Shown: positions 25,521 to 37,959, numbered from the whole stretch's first letter. The stretch: 63,410 nt of DNA, filler included, from Octopus bimaculoides (GCF_001194135.2; 4 parts of 3 records of this genome joined end to end with filler, not necessarily neighbours in it), one strand, 5' to 3'. The notes: a model not told the origin generated them from the sequence alone. A program made the numbers and translations.

Positions 25521-26424
25521 CATACACATACACAAGACAAGTTATAAATAATGGTCATTAGGGGGATGAATATGTATTTGTGAATGTATATGGATGGTGT
25601 AAATATGTGTGTATATGTGTATGTGTGTTTCTGTGCATGTATGCTTGTGTTAATGAGTGCATTTGCATGTGGGAATGCATGTACATCAGTTTGTGTGTGT
25701 GTGTGGTGGTGGTGTTGGGAGGGGTGTTAACGTTTTGTTTTTCTGAAGAAAATCTCTCTAAATCAAAAGAAATACTAAATTAGAAAGTTTTCTTTTTCTT
25801 TTGTTTTTAGACATTTTCAAAGGAACAAGTTTTTATCCAATGCTGAATAAATTTAAATCTGATTTCAGTGAAACCCATATATTACGTTTACAGGGAACAT
25901 TTCCCAGTTGGTCCAGTCACTGTTGTTGTCATCACCTGCATCATCATCTTCATTATCATCACCATCGTCATCATTATTGTCATTACCACCATCTTTGTCA
26001 TCACCATCATCACCATCCTCATCATCATCATAGTTATCGTCATCAACTCAACAATTCAGTTACATCGTCATCATCATTGTCTTGATTGTCACCAACTTCC
26101 TCCCAATCATCATTGTCATCATCATCACTATCATAGCAATCAGTACCACACAACCCCCAACTGTTCTCTCCCCTCTACCATTGCTGTTTTACTGTGTAAC
26201 CTGTTTAGTTTTGAAAAAAGCAGACTTGTGCTCAAAAGCCGTTTCATCCATGACCATCCCATGCTATTTAAATTAATTTTTTTTCATTTTCTAGACACAT
26301 ATTTCAGGCCCCACTAAAAATTATTCATCTGCACAGGTACTTCCTGTACTCCAAATCTTAGTAAAATCATTCAATTGGTTGGTTGGCAGAAACCTAAAAA
26401 TGCACCTGTAACTTATTTTAAAAT

Positions 26425-26684
26425 GTCTGAAACAAATTCAGTAAATGGCAAAAAAGGCTTGGGAACATCAGGGGAACAGGTCTGGCCCGGCAGGTGTCCC
26501 AGTGTATCACAGGCTGGACCCGGTCGTCATCCTGCCACTGTGGTTAAACAGTCCTCAAGAAAAAGTAAAAATAAACATCGTTTGAATTTTGGCTGTTGGA
26601 ATGTGCGCACACTTCTTGATGATAATTTCACGAAGAGGCCAGAAAGGCGTACTGCACTTATTGCATGTGAGCTAAAGAAATATT
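26425..26684 (+). mobile_element. RTE-clade LINE ORF N-terminus (AP endonuclease start), cut by gap
   Basis: RLNFGCWNVRTLLD..RPERRTALIACELKKY. Confidence 0.85.
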
Positions 26685-26728
26685 NNNNNNNNNNNNNNNN
26701 NNNNNNNNNNNNNNNNNNNNNNNNNNNN

Positions 26729-26740
26729 TTAATTAATTAA
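26729..26740. other. Artificial TTAATTAATTAA linker inside N gap (also 34662-34673, 49082-49093)
   Basis: Identical 12-mer centred in three gaps; gives stops in all six frames. Confidence 0.9.
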
Positions 26741-26784
26741 NNNNNNNNNNNNNNNNNNNNNNNNNNNNNNNNNNNNNNNNNNNN

Positions 26785-26821
<37 letters not shown>

Positions 26822-26822
<1 letters not shown>

Positions 26823-27600
26823 GTTGTGAGAGCAGTGTATGCCATCAAAGTGACACTGGGGTAAAATATACAAAGCCCAGTATACCCATCATGACTACCC
26901 GTCTGATAAGGGTACACCAGGTACATGCATCACAACCATATGTGCGTGACACGGTGATCTCATATCAAGATAAACACCACATGACCTTGCAGGTGGGGGC
27001 CCAGTTAGAATTTTCTCCAAGTCAAGTAGCCCATCCCGCTCAAAAAGTCCTTGAATAAAGGTTGTTTGAGGATGTTGAACGAAACACCCATGTTTCCAAA
27101 GATGAATTATCCAAACCTCAAAGAATTCCTCTCAACACATGGCTATGACGTTTCCCCCACTACTTCTGCTCATGATCAGAGATGTACATATCGTCAGTCA
27201 CTAAGGGACCAGCTCAACTGGTTAAGGTCAAACAACTGACAAGCAAACCTGTGGTTTTAAGCAGAATATTTGCTGTAGCCCATCTTTTATACCTATTTCT
27301 TTACTGCCCACAAGGGGCTACACACAGAGGGGACAAACAAGGACAGACAAACGGATTAAGTCGATTATATCGACCCCAGTGCGTAACTGGTACTTATTTA
27401 ATCGACCCCGAAAGGATGAAAGGCAAAGTCGACCTCGGCGGAATTTGAACTCAGAACGTAGCGGCAAACGAAATACTGCTAAGCATTTCGCCCGGCGTGC
27501 TAACGTTTCTGCCAGCTCGCCCATCTTTTATACCAAGACAAAACAATGTACATGATAACACTTCCAATCAGTTAAGATGAGAAGCCATGAGAGCCACTGA
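26822..27600 (-). repeat. Unclassified retro-repeat (family E) ending in (AAT)n; pieces also at 13975-14145
   Basis: Shared GATGGGTATACT(G/T)GGCTT(T/C)GTATATTTTACCCCAGTGTCACTT and CATGCATCACAACCAT blocks. Confidence 0.6.
27294..27519 (-). mobile_element. Young SINE family B copy with TSD; further copies at 13520-13632 (-), 17875-18080 (-), 28724-28930 (+), 48600-48815 (-)
   Basis: CpGs intact; flanked by a CCCATCTTTT(T)ATACC duplication (~27279 and ~27520). Confidence 0.88.
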
Positions 27601-28280
27601 TGATGTGGTCAACTGTCTCATTGTGCTGGTTGCACAATCTGCATTTGGTGTTTGGACCTGTTTTCATTATTTTGCCTTTATATTTGTTTATGGTCAGGCA
27701 TTGGTCTTTTACAGTGAAAATCAGTCCTGTTTCTGCGTTTAGTCCAGAGATTTTGAGCCATTGTTGGTTTTTACTTAGGCTCACTTCTTCTCTCTCAAGT
27801 CTTGCAGGGTATTGGCCATGGAGTGATTTTTCTCTCCATTTCTTCTTTAGTATGTTTTGTACTTCTGTTTGCATATTCTTTTTTTGTCTCTTTTACCATT
27901 TCTGTTGGGTTGTTATCTGAGATCAGTGTATCAGTGTAGTTTGTTTCTGTTTTGTATTTTCTCGCTTCCTTGTATACAGAGAAAAGCATTTTCTTTTGTT
28001 TGAGCTACTTCATTACATGTAGTAGTCTTCCACTTATTGTTTCTAAGTATTTTTCTAGTCCAACTGTTGTCATTTTATAGTAGTTCTTTATCTGTGTCAG
28101 ACTGCATCCTCCTTCTGAGCAGACTAAATATATTCTGTCTGTATCTGCTTTGGGGTGGTGACTTTGATATGCTGTTAACAGTCATTTAGTTTTTCGATTT
28201 AAGTTTCTCATTTCACTGATCTTCTAGTTTATTATGTTGAAGCTGTAATTTATGTTTTGTATGGCTAACATGTTTATTTC
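27590..28280 (-). mobile_element. R4/Dong-clade RT thumb and zinc-knuckle fragment
   Basis: LTAYQSHHPKADTDRIYL..EGG; KWREKSLHGQY..WLKISGLNAETGLI..KDQCL..CRLCNQHNETVDHIISG. Confidence 0.82.
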
Positions 28281-28690
28281 TATTATCTTATTTTTTAAGC
28301 GTTGAGAAGACCCATCAAGCCAAGTGAAATCATAGTCGTGGTTGATGCTGGTGTCACATAACTGGCACGTAAAAAGCACCTTTTGAGCGTTGAACCTTAC
28401 GGGGGCAAAGTGGCTGATGCTAGTGGCACATGAAAAGCTCCTTTCAAGTGTTGGGGCTCACAGAGGTAATGACCAAAACCTTTGGCTTTATGTCATGCTT
28501 GAGAAGAAGACCCATCAAGCCAAGCAAAATCACAGTCATGGTAGATACCAGTGTCACACAAATGGCACCTGTGCTGGTGGCATGTAAAAGCACCCATTAC
28601 ACTGGAGCCTCGTGCGGCCTTCCAGTTTGCCAGCCGTGGTCAAACCATCCAACCCATGCCAACATGGATAATGGACACTAAATGATTATT

Positions 28691-28725
<35 letters not shown>

Positions 28726-29029
28726 GTGGTGGTGAGCTGGCAGAATTATTAGAGCACTAGGTTAAATACTTAGTGGTATCTCATCTGTCTTTACATTCTG
28801 AGTTCAAATTCCACCAAGGTTGACTTTGCCTTTCATCCTTTTGGGGTTGATTTATTAAGTACCAGTCAAACACTGGGGTTGATGGAATCAACTAGTCCTA
28901 AATTTCAGGCTTTGTGCCTATAGTAGAAAGAACTATCATCATCATCATCATCATCATCACCACCACCATTACTATTATCATTATCATTACTATTATTATC
29001 ATCATTATTATTATTAAGGTAGCAGGGTG

Positions 29030-29145
29030 GTCAGTCTTACCCAGAAATGGGCAGAGAGGAAGTTGTCCCCAAAAGGGCAGGAAGAGGTGGCAAATGTCTA
29101 CATTGATTCTGTCATCATTTACTGCCTGACAGTTGTACCCTGCAC
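29030..29145 (+). mobile_element. Tx1/L1-clade LINE RT C-terminal fragment
   Basis: KWAERKLSPKGQEEVANVYIDSVIIYCLTVVPC resembles the W..R.LS..G...V.N...S...Y...V..C block of Tx1-type RTs. Confidence 0.6.
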
Positions 29146-30252
29146 CGGTTACTGCTTCATCAGATGTATTTATTTTCTTGTGCATGACACACATTCCAAG
29201 TGTCAAGCAGTTGGTTTGCCACCAGCAGCCTCTGCATTGCAGCTTAGGCATGTTGTGGTTGTTGATGTCCTGACATGTGCTGAGGTTGCATCACTTGCAA
29301 GAATATCCAGATGATGAAGGTGTGGGGACACCATTTCAGAGTGACGGATAGACCAAAACTGGGTGCCTGATACCTAGAGTATTGTCAAGCACTCGCAGCC
29401 TTCTACCAGTTGGACACTGGGATTGGTAGATGTTCCACTTTAACAATATAAACAGGATTAGTGGTGAGAATGTGTGATGATACTCTCGAAGAGACTCTGG
29501 GCATTGATGAAGACAAACTGGCTAGTCTCTACCGGAAGAGATAATTTCATGGATAGTTTCCAGATGCCCTTGGCTTGACAGTGCTACTGTCGGTAGTTTC
29601 TGCTTCAAGATAGACTCTATAAGCATGTATACTTTCATCACATTTCACTGCTTTTCCTTTTCTTTCCCCTTGACCCACACAAATTGTTGACTGTCCTTGT
29701 GATATCCTCCTCATCTATTTTCCCCAGTGCTTAATAAAAGTGTAGTAAGACAAATTTATTGTTTCGCTGTTGTACGAGTCAGTTGTTTGAGACAGATGCT
29801 AATCCGTTGTGAAAGTTTCAAACATCAACTTCTGCTTAAGTCTGAGGTGTGTTCAAAAGTAAAAGTGAAGTTAGTTGTAGTAAAGGTGTCGAGCTGTTAA
29901 CTTCCTATTTTCCAACTGCTTGCTCTTTCTTAATAGAGCATGGAAACGTAACTTTGTGTGATTTTTGTAATTACGGCTATTAAGCCAAAGTAGTTTTAAC
30001 AACTTTGAGGCAATTTGCCTCTTTTCTTCACTTGGCATTCATCTCCTATTGTATTAGGCTGTTATGAAGCTTTTATTGTTTTTACCCTGTTGCTGAATTT
30101 GACATCAGACAATATAAGACTTATACATTATTTATATTATTTACATTATTTACATTCGACGGATATTTGTCCTCATCTTGTTTGTTGTTAACACATTCTC
30201 ATTCCTAAGGTATTTTTTGATGTTCGCTCTTAACCACTACACCATATGCCTC

Positions 30253-30550
30253 TGGTGTAGTGATTAAGAGCGCAGGCTACTAACCCCAAGATTCCAAGTT
30301 CGATTCCAGGCTGTGATCTGAATAATAATAGTAATAATAATAATAATAACAACAACAACAACATCAAAAAATACCTTAGGAATGAGAACCCAGGTTCGAA
30401 ATTTCCCCAAGACACCTGAAGAAGACAGGAGGGTATATCAGCCAAAATATTGTGTTAACAACAAACAAGATGAGGACAAATATCTGTTGAATGTGAATAA
30501 TGTAAATAATATAAATAATGTACATAATTCCTCATCTCTTAAATATAGCA
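30253..30550 (+). mobile_element. tRNA-headed SINE with hammerhead-like tail
   Basis: A-box TGGTGTAGTGA, B-box GTTCGATTCC (30298-30307), (AAT)(AAC) linker, GACAC-CTGAAGA..CAGCC-AAAA-TATT-GTGTT at 30411-30456. Confidence 0.7.
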
Positions 30551-31751
30551 CTGAATAAGAATTATATCTCCAGGATGGCCCATGTCTCACAAAATCATAT
30601 TGTGTTATTTATATCAGCTCAAACTTGAACTCAAAAAATATTAATCAGTGCAACTGTATTTATTCATGTCTTACAAAAATTATTCCTCCAGACTGAATGT
30701 GTGCAGTCTGTTGTTTTGAACACACTTCATTTTNNNNNNNNNNNNNNNNNNNNNNNNNNNNNNNNNNNNNNNNNNNNNNNNNNNNNNNNNNNNNNNNNNN
30801 NNNNNNNNNNNNNNNNNNNNNNNNNNNNNNNNNNNNNNNNNNNNNNNNNNNNNNNNNNNNNNNNNNGGTGAACAGGGGGCAAGGGGGAGGACCAGGAAAA
30901 TTCACACGATCCAATTTTTTCCCTCAAGAAAATGGATATTCTTCCTAACCACATGGTTCCGGGTTCAGTCCCACTGCATGGCACCTTGGGCAAGTGTCTT
31001 CAACGATAGCCTTGGGCCAACCAATGCATCCTGGAGGTCGAAGGTGGCATTTCAGAAGTTATCTATGCTATAAACGAAGATGTAAACAAAATTTTGTGCA
31101 CAAATTTTTTTAAATTCTGTCCTCTGCATAATGGTATTAGCAGAAACAATTGCAGCGTAGATGTTTGTAAGCCATTCAAGAACACACATAAAAAAAAACA
31201 AAAAAAAACTGTCAGTTTCACTGCAACATTTAAATCTCACTATTTTCATTGCTTTGAAACAGCAACTTGTTCACTGACAAAATTGATGCAGCACAAATTT
31301 TTGTCAGGGTTTTGTCACGGTTTCAAAGAACGAAAATATTTAGACACAAATGAAACTTAAATGTTGCAATGAAACTAACGGTTTTTGATGTTCTGGAATT
31401 ACAAACATCTTACACACTGAACATTCTTTTGAATATTCACCCTTACCCTGCCCCTAATTTCTGCTGTTTTTCTACTGTATTTCATTTTCTACTTTCTTCT
31501 GGTTTTCATTTTTTTAAAAATTCTTTGTATGGATAATTCATGTTATTAAAATAAATTATCTTTAACATTACTTTAAACTGTTGTGAGAAAAAAAAATTAC
31601 TAATAGAGAATGATGTTATAGAAATAATAATCTATACTCTGTGCGTTGCCCATTTCTTGGATATAAAAGAACAAGTCCATTTCTTGGGTATAATGAACAA
31701 GTCCATTTCTTGGGTACAAACAGCAAGTTCATTTCTTGGGGACAAACAACA

Positions 31752-31817
<66 letters not shown>

Positions 31818-32273
31818 TGGNNNNNNNNNNNNNNNNNNNNNNNNNNNNNNNNNNNNNNNNNNNNNNNNNNNNNNNNNNNNNNNNNNNNNNNNNNNNNNNN
31901 NNNNNNNNNNNNNNNNNNNNNNNNNNNNNNNNNNNNNNNNNNNNNNNNNNNNNNNNNNNNNNNNNNNNNNNNNNNNNNNNNNNNNNNNNNNNNNNNNNNN
32001 NNNNNNNNNNNNNNNNNNNNNNNNNNNNNNNNNNNNNNNNNNNNNNNNNNNNNNNNNNNNNNNNNNNNNNNNNNNNNNNNNNNNNNNNNNNNNNNNNNNN
32101 NNNNNNNNNNNNNNNNNNNNNNNNNNNNNNNNNNNNNNNNNNNNNNNNNNNNNNNNNNNNNNNNNNNNNNNNNNNNNNNNNNNNNNNNNNNNNNNNNNNN
32201 NNNNNNNNNNNNNNNNNNNNNNNNNNNNNNNNNNNNNNNNNNNNNNNNNNNNNNNNNTATATATATATATATA

Positions 32274-32332
<59 letters not shown>

Positions 32333-33115
32333 TGGATCTTGCAAGCATGAAGTGGATTTCATCCACCATAGCCAAATCAAAATTAATACTTCAACAGAAC
32401 TTTTCTCATGGTGGAACAATGGTTTTTCTCTGACAGCAGTTTTACATTTGCCAGACTGCCTTTAGCTAGGTTGAAATAATGTCTTCACCACTTGACCCGT
32501 ATAACCTCTTCTACTTCACCAAAAGCTAGAATAGAGATATCACAGTACCACCAACGAAGCCCATTGTTCTCAACAATACGGCTATCTTTCTGGATAGCTA
32601 TAAAAGCATAAACCCCAAGCGAAAAGATAGCCAGTTACTTGGTGATGACTTGTGAGTTGAGAGAGAGAGGGGGCTAACATCAGTTAGTGAACAGACCGCT
32701 AGAACCTTGGTCAGAGGGAGAAAAGAAGTTTACTATCAGCAACTATGCGAGCCTTCATCACACACTCTCACTAGCTCTAATTCTGTTCTCTTACAGCATC
32801 ATCTTATCTCTCTCTGTAATTACTACTAACAATTCGTGTACGCCAAAGAAAACTTCTACCACATCTAACTTTCTTTTGCATGCTCTCAGATGTAATAACC
32901 TACCCGACGAGGCAAGGTATTTTCAATGTAATGGTAAATAAATACTTTCTTAACTTCATGCATTGTTCATCTTTCACATCCTACAACATGCCGTTATAAC
33001 AACAAATTTTTATCGTTACAACTGCTGACTCCGACATTTCATGTTATTGTTTACTAATTAATATCTCCCATTACAATTATATATACTTTATTAAAAAGCA
33101 GCAAAAATATCACAG

Positions 33116-33159
33116 AAACTGTTGCTCAGAGTTTCACATTCCTGTTCATCAGACAGTTT
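33116..33159 (-). ncRNA. Minimal type I hammerhead ribozyme-like motif, one core substitution
   Basis: AAACTGT-CTGATGA-ACA GGAA TGT-GAAA-CTC T GAG-CA-ACAGTTT: helices I, II, III all pair; site reads GCA instead of GUA. Confidence 0.6.
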
Positions 33160-33355
33160 TGTTTAGAATGAAGCAATATAAAGTTATATGCAGAAATACA
33201 ATTACTTTGATAGATACACATTTGAAAATGGTTTTGTTTCATTGGTCCTTTCAACTAAGGTCTTTTCAATAACCGATTGCAGTTTAAAATCATTTTATAA
33301 AAATCAAAGAAAACCTTAAATCAAAAATAGATTATAAAGAAGGAAAAGGCCTGAA

Positions 33356-34112
33356 GGATCTATTTTAAAATGGGGGCGCCAGTTTTCATTTATGTTTTAT
33401 GTAGTGTTTTTGGTACGGAAAGACTTTCAAACTTCGTATACTTATCTATTTTGTGTTATAGAACAGAAAAATATTTTTGTATTCGAATTTATTTCATGTA
33501 AAAAATTGTCTTATTTTGATAATTTCTACTAATCACTNNNNNNNNNNNNNNNNNNNNNNNNNNNNNNNNNNNNNNNNNNNNNNNNNNNNNNNNNNNNNNN
33601 NNNNNNNNNNNNNNNNNNNNNNNNNNNNNNNNNNNNNNNNNNNNNNNNNNNNNNNNNNNNNNNNNNNNNNNNNNNNNNNNNNNNNNNNNNNNNNNNNNNN
33701 NNNNNNNNNNNNNNNNNNNNNNNNNNNNNNNNNNNNNNNNNNNNNNNNNNNNNNNNNNNNNNNNNNNNNNNNNNNNNNNNNNACACATAGATACGCACAG
33801 CGTAATTTATTATATAAACAATATATGCGTATAAATTACGATTAAACCGGATGAAATATGTCACAGGGAATAACATTTTTATGACCGCCCAGCAGTAAAC
33901 TCTATTCAGCTGAATAGACGTCAGTGATTGGTTGAAATTACAGAAATACGACAACTTTTACATGAAATAACTTGCGAATTCCTTTTTTTTGTTAAGAAGA
34001 CTAAGAGTAAAAGATGTTTTATATGACACATTCTACCAGTGTCCCAAGTTTCAAAGTGTTTCGTTAGTGTTTCGTTAAGAAAATACTGGCGCTCCCGTTT
34101 TAAAATAGATCC
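33356..34112. mobile_element. Non-autonomous TIR element with 8-bp TSD (GG termini; Merlin-like or other 8-bp TSD superfamily)
   Basis: TIR GGATCTATTTTAAAA(T/C)GGG(G/A)GCGCCAGT; TSD GGCCTGAA at 33348-33355 and 34113-34120; internal N gap. Confidence 0.85.
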
Positions 34113-34309
34113 GGCCTGAATACCCAGGGTAAATAATTAGCTGTAAAATATTAATCAATTAATAAATAAGATATATCCATTTTAAACAACTTTTACTCTA
34201 GATTACATATACATTTAGTAATATATACACATACCAAACAATCTATAATATACTTATATACACTAAACATACAGACACAGGTACATAGCTACATACATAT
34301 ACAGACATA

Positions 34310-34617
34310 CCGTAAATCCTTGAGTATAATCCGCACTTTTTTCCCAAAATTTAAAGGTCAAAATTTCTAGTGCGTACTATATACGAGGTTAAAAATGAAA
34401 AAATATTTTCTGAGCAAAATTTTCTAAGTGATAAATATGTAAAGGCAATTTACTTAATATTTATTTTTCACTGACGTTCTTACTGTTATTTCTTTATTTT
34501 CTGCAAACAAAGTGCACAATAAAGCTACATGTTTGCATTATGTTATATATATACAATAATAATAAAGGACGTTACTGTATATATGTTTACAAACCAAGGA
34601 CGTTATATAGACCTCCT
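34310..34617 (+). mobile_element. Probable pogo/Tc2-like non-autonomous element end
   Basis: TA followed by CCGTAAATCCTTGAGTATAATCCGCAC, resembling pogo-family TIR starts; other end lost in gap. Confidence 0.4.
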
Positions 34618-34789
34618 NNNNNNNNNNNNNNNNNNNNNNNNNNNNNNNNNNNNNNNNNNNNTTAATTAATTAANNNNNNNNNNNNNNNNNNNNNNNNNNN
34701 NNNNNNNNNNNNNNNNNCAAAAAAAAAAAATAAATAAATAAATAAATAAATTCTCCTAAATCTGCTTTGAATTAATTAATCAACAGCTT

Positions 34790-35245
34790 CGTCATCGTCA
34801 TCGTCTTCTTTCTCGTCACCGTTGCCATTATCGCCCTCATCACATTCAATTCTCGTTGTTGTTGTCATCATTGCCGTCATCACTGTCATCACCAATCATC
34901 ATCATCGTCATCATCATCATCATCATCATCATCGTCATCATCATCATCATCATCATCGTCTTCATCATCGTCATCATCATCATCGTCTTCATCATCATCA
35001 TCATCATCATCCTCCTCATCATCATCATCATAATCATCATCGTCATCATCATCATCCTCCTCCTCATCATCATCATCATCCTAATCATCATCATCCTCCT
35101 CCTCATCATCCTAATCATCATTGTCATCATCATCATCCTCCTCATCATCCTAATCATCATTGTCATCATCATCATCATCATCCTCCTCATCATCACCATC
35201 ATCATCCTAATCATTATCATCGTCATCATCATCATCTTCGTTGAT
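34790..35245 (+). repeat. Compound (CAT)/(CCT)/(CGT) trinucleotide tract
   Basis: Direct reading; source of spurious poly-His/Ile/Met ORFs. Confidence 0.95.
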
Positions 35246-35469
35246 GTCATTGCCATTGTTATACACTGTGTGCCAATATGGAATATCTGCCAAATCAGAT
35301 TGGGGCCTGGTGTAGCCATCCGGTTTCACCAGTCCTCAGTCAAATCGTCCAACCCATGCCAGCATGGGAAGCGGACATTAAACGATGATGATGATGACGA
35401 TGATGATGTTGTGCCAATATGGAATACGGATGTCAAATGATGGTGATGATGATGATACATACATGTGAA

Positions 35470-35910
35470 CGCAGGTGTGACTGTGGTACTTGAGAAGTTT
35501 GATTCCCAGTCATATCGTATGGTTTCAGGTTCAGTCCCACTGCGTGGCACCTTGGGCAGGTGTTTTCCACTCTAGCTTCGGGCCGACCAAAGTGGGTTTG
35601 GTAAACAGAAACTGAAGGAAGCCCACTGTATGCATGTGTGTGTGTTTGCGTGTGTATACATGTGTGTGTATATATGTGTGTGCATGTGTGTGTACGGATG
35701 GAAACATGCATGCATACATGCATGTACGTACGTATGAATGTGTCTTTGTGTCTGTTTGCCTCCCACCATCGCTAGACAACCAGTGTTGGTGTGTTTATAT
35801 CCCCATAACTTAACGATAGAGTAAGTACCACAAAAAAAAAAAGAGTAAGTACTGGAGTCAATTCATTCTTCGAGGCGGTGCCCCAGCATGGCCTGAAAGG
35901 AGTAAAAGGT
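35470..35910 (+). mobile_element. SINE family A copy
   Basis: Head at ~35472, body, expanded internal microsatellite. Confidence 0.75.
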
Positions 35911-36566
35911 AGAAGACATATATGTGTGCGCGTGTGCATGTGTATGCATGTGTGTGTGTATGCATGTGTGTGTGTATGTGAGTGCGTGTGTATGTATGCA
36001 TGTGTATGCATGTATGTATGCATGTGTGAGTGTGTGCTATTTGTGTCAGTGTGTGTGCATATGCATGTGTGTGTACGGGTGTGTATATGCACGAGTCTGT
36101 GTGTGTGTGTGTCTGTATGTGTGTGCATATGCATGTGTGTATGCATGTGTATGTGTGTGTCTGTGTATGTGTGCATGTGTGTGAGTGTGTCTGTATGCGC
36201 CTGCATGTGTGTGTGTGTGAGTGTGTGTCATTGCCTTCATGCCACACCCACTTTTCCATTCAATCTACACAGGCCAAGTTAAACACGATCCCTTTCTCCT
36301 AACTACAAAACCTCTTTTAGACACAACAATGTGTACACTAAAAGCATTTTTCCATACAAAAGACCCGAAGTAGCACGTGATCCCTTTTTTCCCTTCTTTC
36401 CTTCCCGTGTCAAATATGTCAAACCCACCTCATGAATACATACAGTAACCTACTTTCAGTTGATCCTTTAGCATTCAAATTATTTTACTGAATAGTGAAT
36501 GTGCATTCCTTAGTGGTTAGAGTATTTAGCTCATGACTGCAAGGTCGTGGGTTCAATACCCGATGA

Positions 36567-36608
<42 letters not shown>

Positions 36609-37183
36609 CACACATGCACNNNNNNNNNNNNNNNNNNNNNNNNNNNNNNNNNNNNNNNNNNNNNNNNNNNNNNNNNNNNNNNNNNNNNNNNNNNNNNNNN
36701 NNNNNNNNNNNNNNNNNNNNNNNNNNNNNNNNNNNNNNNNNNNNNNNNNNNNNNNNNNNNNNNNNNNNNNNNNNNNNNNNNNNNNNNNNNNNNNNNNNNN
36801 NNNNNNNNNNNNNNNNNNNNNNNNNNNNNNNNNNNNNNNNNNNNNNNNNNNNNNNNNNNNNNNNNNNNNNNNNNNNNNNNNNNNNNNNNNNNNNNNNNNN
36901 NNNNNNNNNNNNNNNNNNNNNNNNNNNNNNNNNNNNNNNNNNNNNNNNNNNNNNNNNNNNNNNNNNNNNNNNNNNNNNNNNNNNNNNNNNNNNNNNNNNN
37001 NNNNNNNNNNNNNNNNNNNNNNNNNNNNNNNNNNNNNNNNNNNNNNNNNNNNNNNNNNNNNNNNNNNNNNNNNNNNNNNNNNNNNNNNNNNNNNNNNNNN
37101 NNNNNNNNNNNNNNNNNNNNNNNNNNNNNNNNNNNNNNNNNNNNNNNNNNNNNNNNNNNNNNNNNNNNNNNNNNNNNNNNNNN

Positions 37184-37720
37184 NTGTGTAATGTCAGTGT
37201 GCATACTAGACAGAGTGTAAGTACCTTGAGAGAAAAGCTGAACCTAAGAAGCATCAGCTGTGGTGTGCAAGAGAGACGATTGCGCTGGTATGGGCATGTG
37301 GCGAGAATGGAGGAGGATAGCTGAGTGAAAAAGTGCTACACGCTAGCAGTTGAGGGAACCTGTGGAAGAGGTAGGCCCAGGAAGACCTGGGATGAGGTGG
37401 TGAGGCACGACCTTCGAACATTGGGTCTCACCGAGGCAATGACTTCTGACCGAGACCTTTGGAAATATGCTGTGCGTGAGAAGACTCGGCAAGCCAAGTG
37501 AGACCTAAATCCAAGGACTCTGCCAGGATGCGTACCTTCCTACATTGGACACTAAACTCCGCTTGCGAAGACCTGTTGAGGCCAGTGAAATCGAACTAAA
37601 TTCGACGGTTGGCACCCATGCCAACGTCGTCTCCTTCATTGGACACAAAACTCGGCTTGCGAAGACTGTTGGGGCAAGCGAAAGCGAAATCGTGATGGCA
37701 GGTCCTCGACTCGCTTACAG
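37184..37720 (+). mobile_element. RTE-clade LINE 3' end plus 3' UTR
   Basis: LREKLNLRSISCGVQERRLRWYGHVARM..GTCGRGRPRKTWDEVVRHDLRTLGL..DRDLWKYAVREKTRQAK*; UTR has a duplicated CATTGGACAC..GCTTGCGAAGAC module. Confidence 0.88.
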
Positions 37721-37959
37721 AAAACGACTTCATATAGCATACAAAATATACTATATATCGGTATATGGTATATACCAGTCTCAACAACACTGGGACTGAT
37801 GTATTGCTGCACAAGATGACTATTTTGAAGGAAATGATCTTAAATCTTAAGTAAATAAGTTATTTTTTAATAAACATAATTAGTCTTGCGACTTTTTGAC
37901 ACCACCTCCAATATCTTCTTATATAAAATAGACCTGTGTGTGTATGTGTGTGTATTCGG

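Noticed and set aside
32420-33000. Possible solo LTR (TATAAAA at ~32599, AATAAA near 32937, internal hairpin)
   Set aside because: Could not define TG...CA ends with a matching TSD.
34822-35440. His-rich, Ile-rich and Met-rich ORFs (also Cys-Val, Tyr-Ile and poly-Gln ORFs elsewhere)
   Set aside because: Translations of microsatellites, open in several frames on both strands, with no domain content.
36506-36562. tRNA-like sequences with A/B boxes (also 21430, 30253 and SINE A/B heads)
   Set aside because: No complete cloverleaf or acceptor stem; they run straight into repeat bodies or microsatellites, so they are SINE heads.
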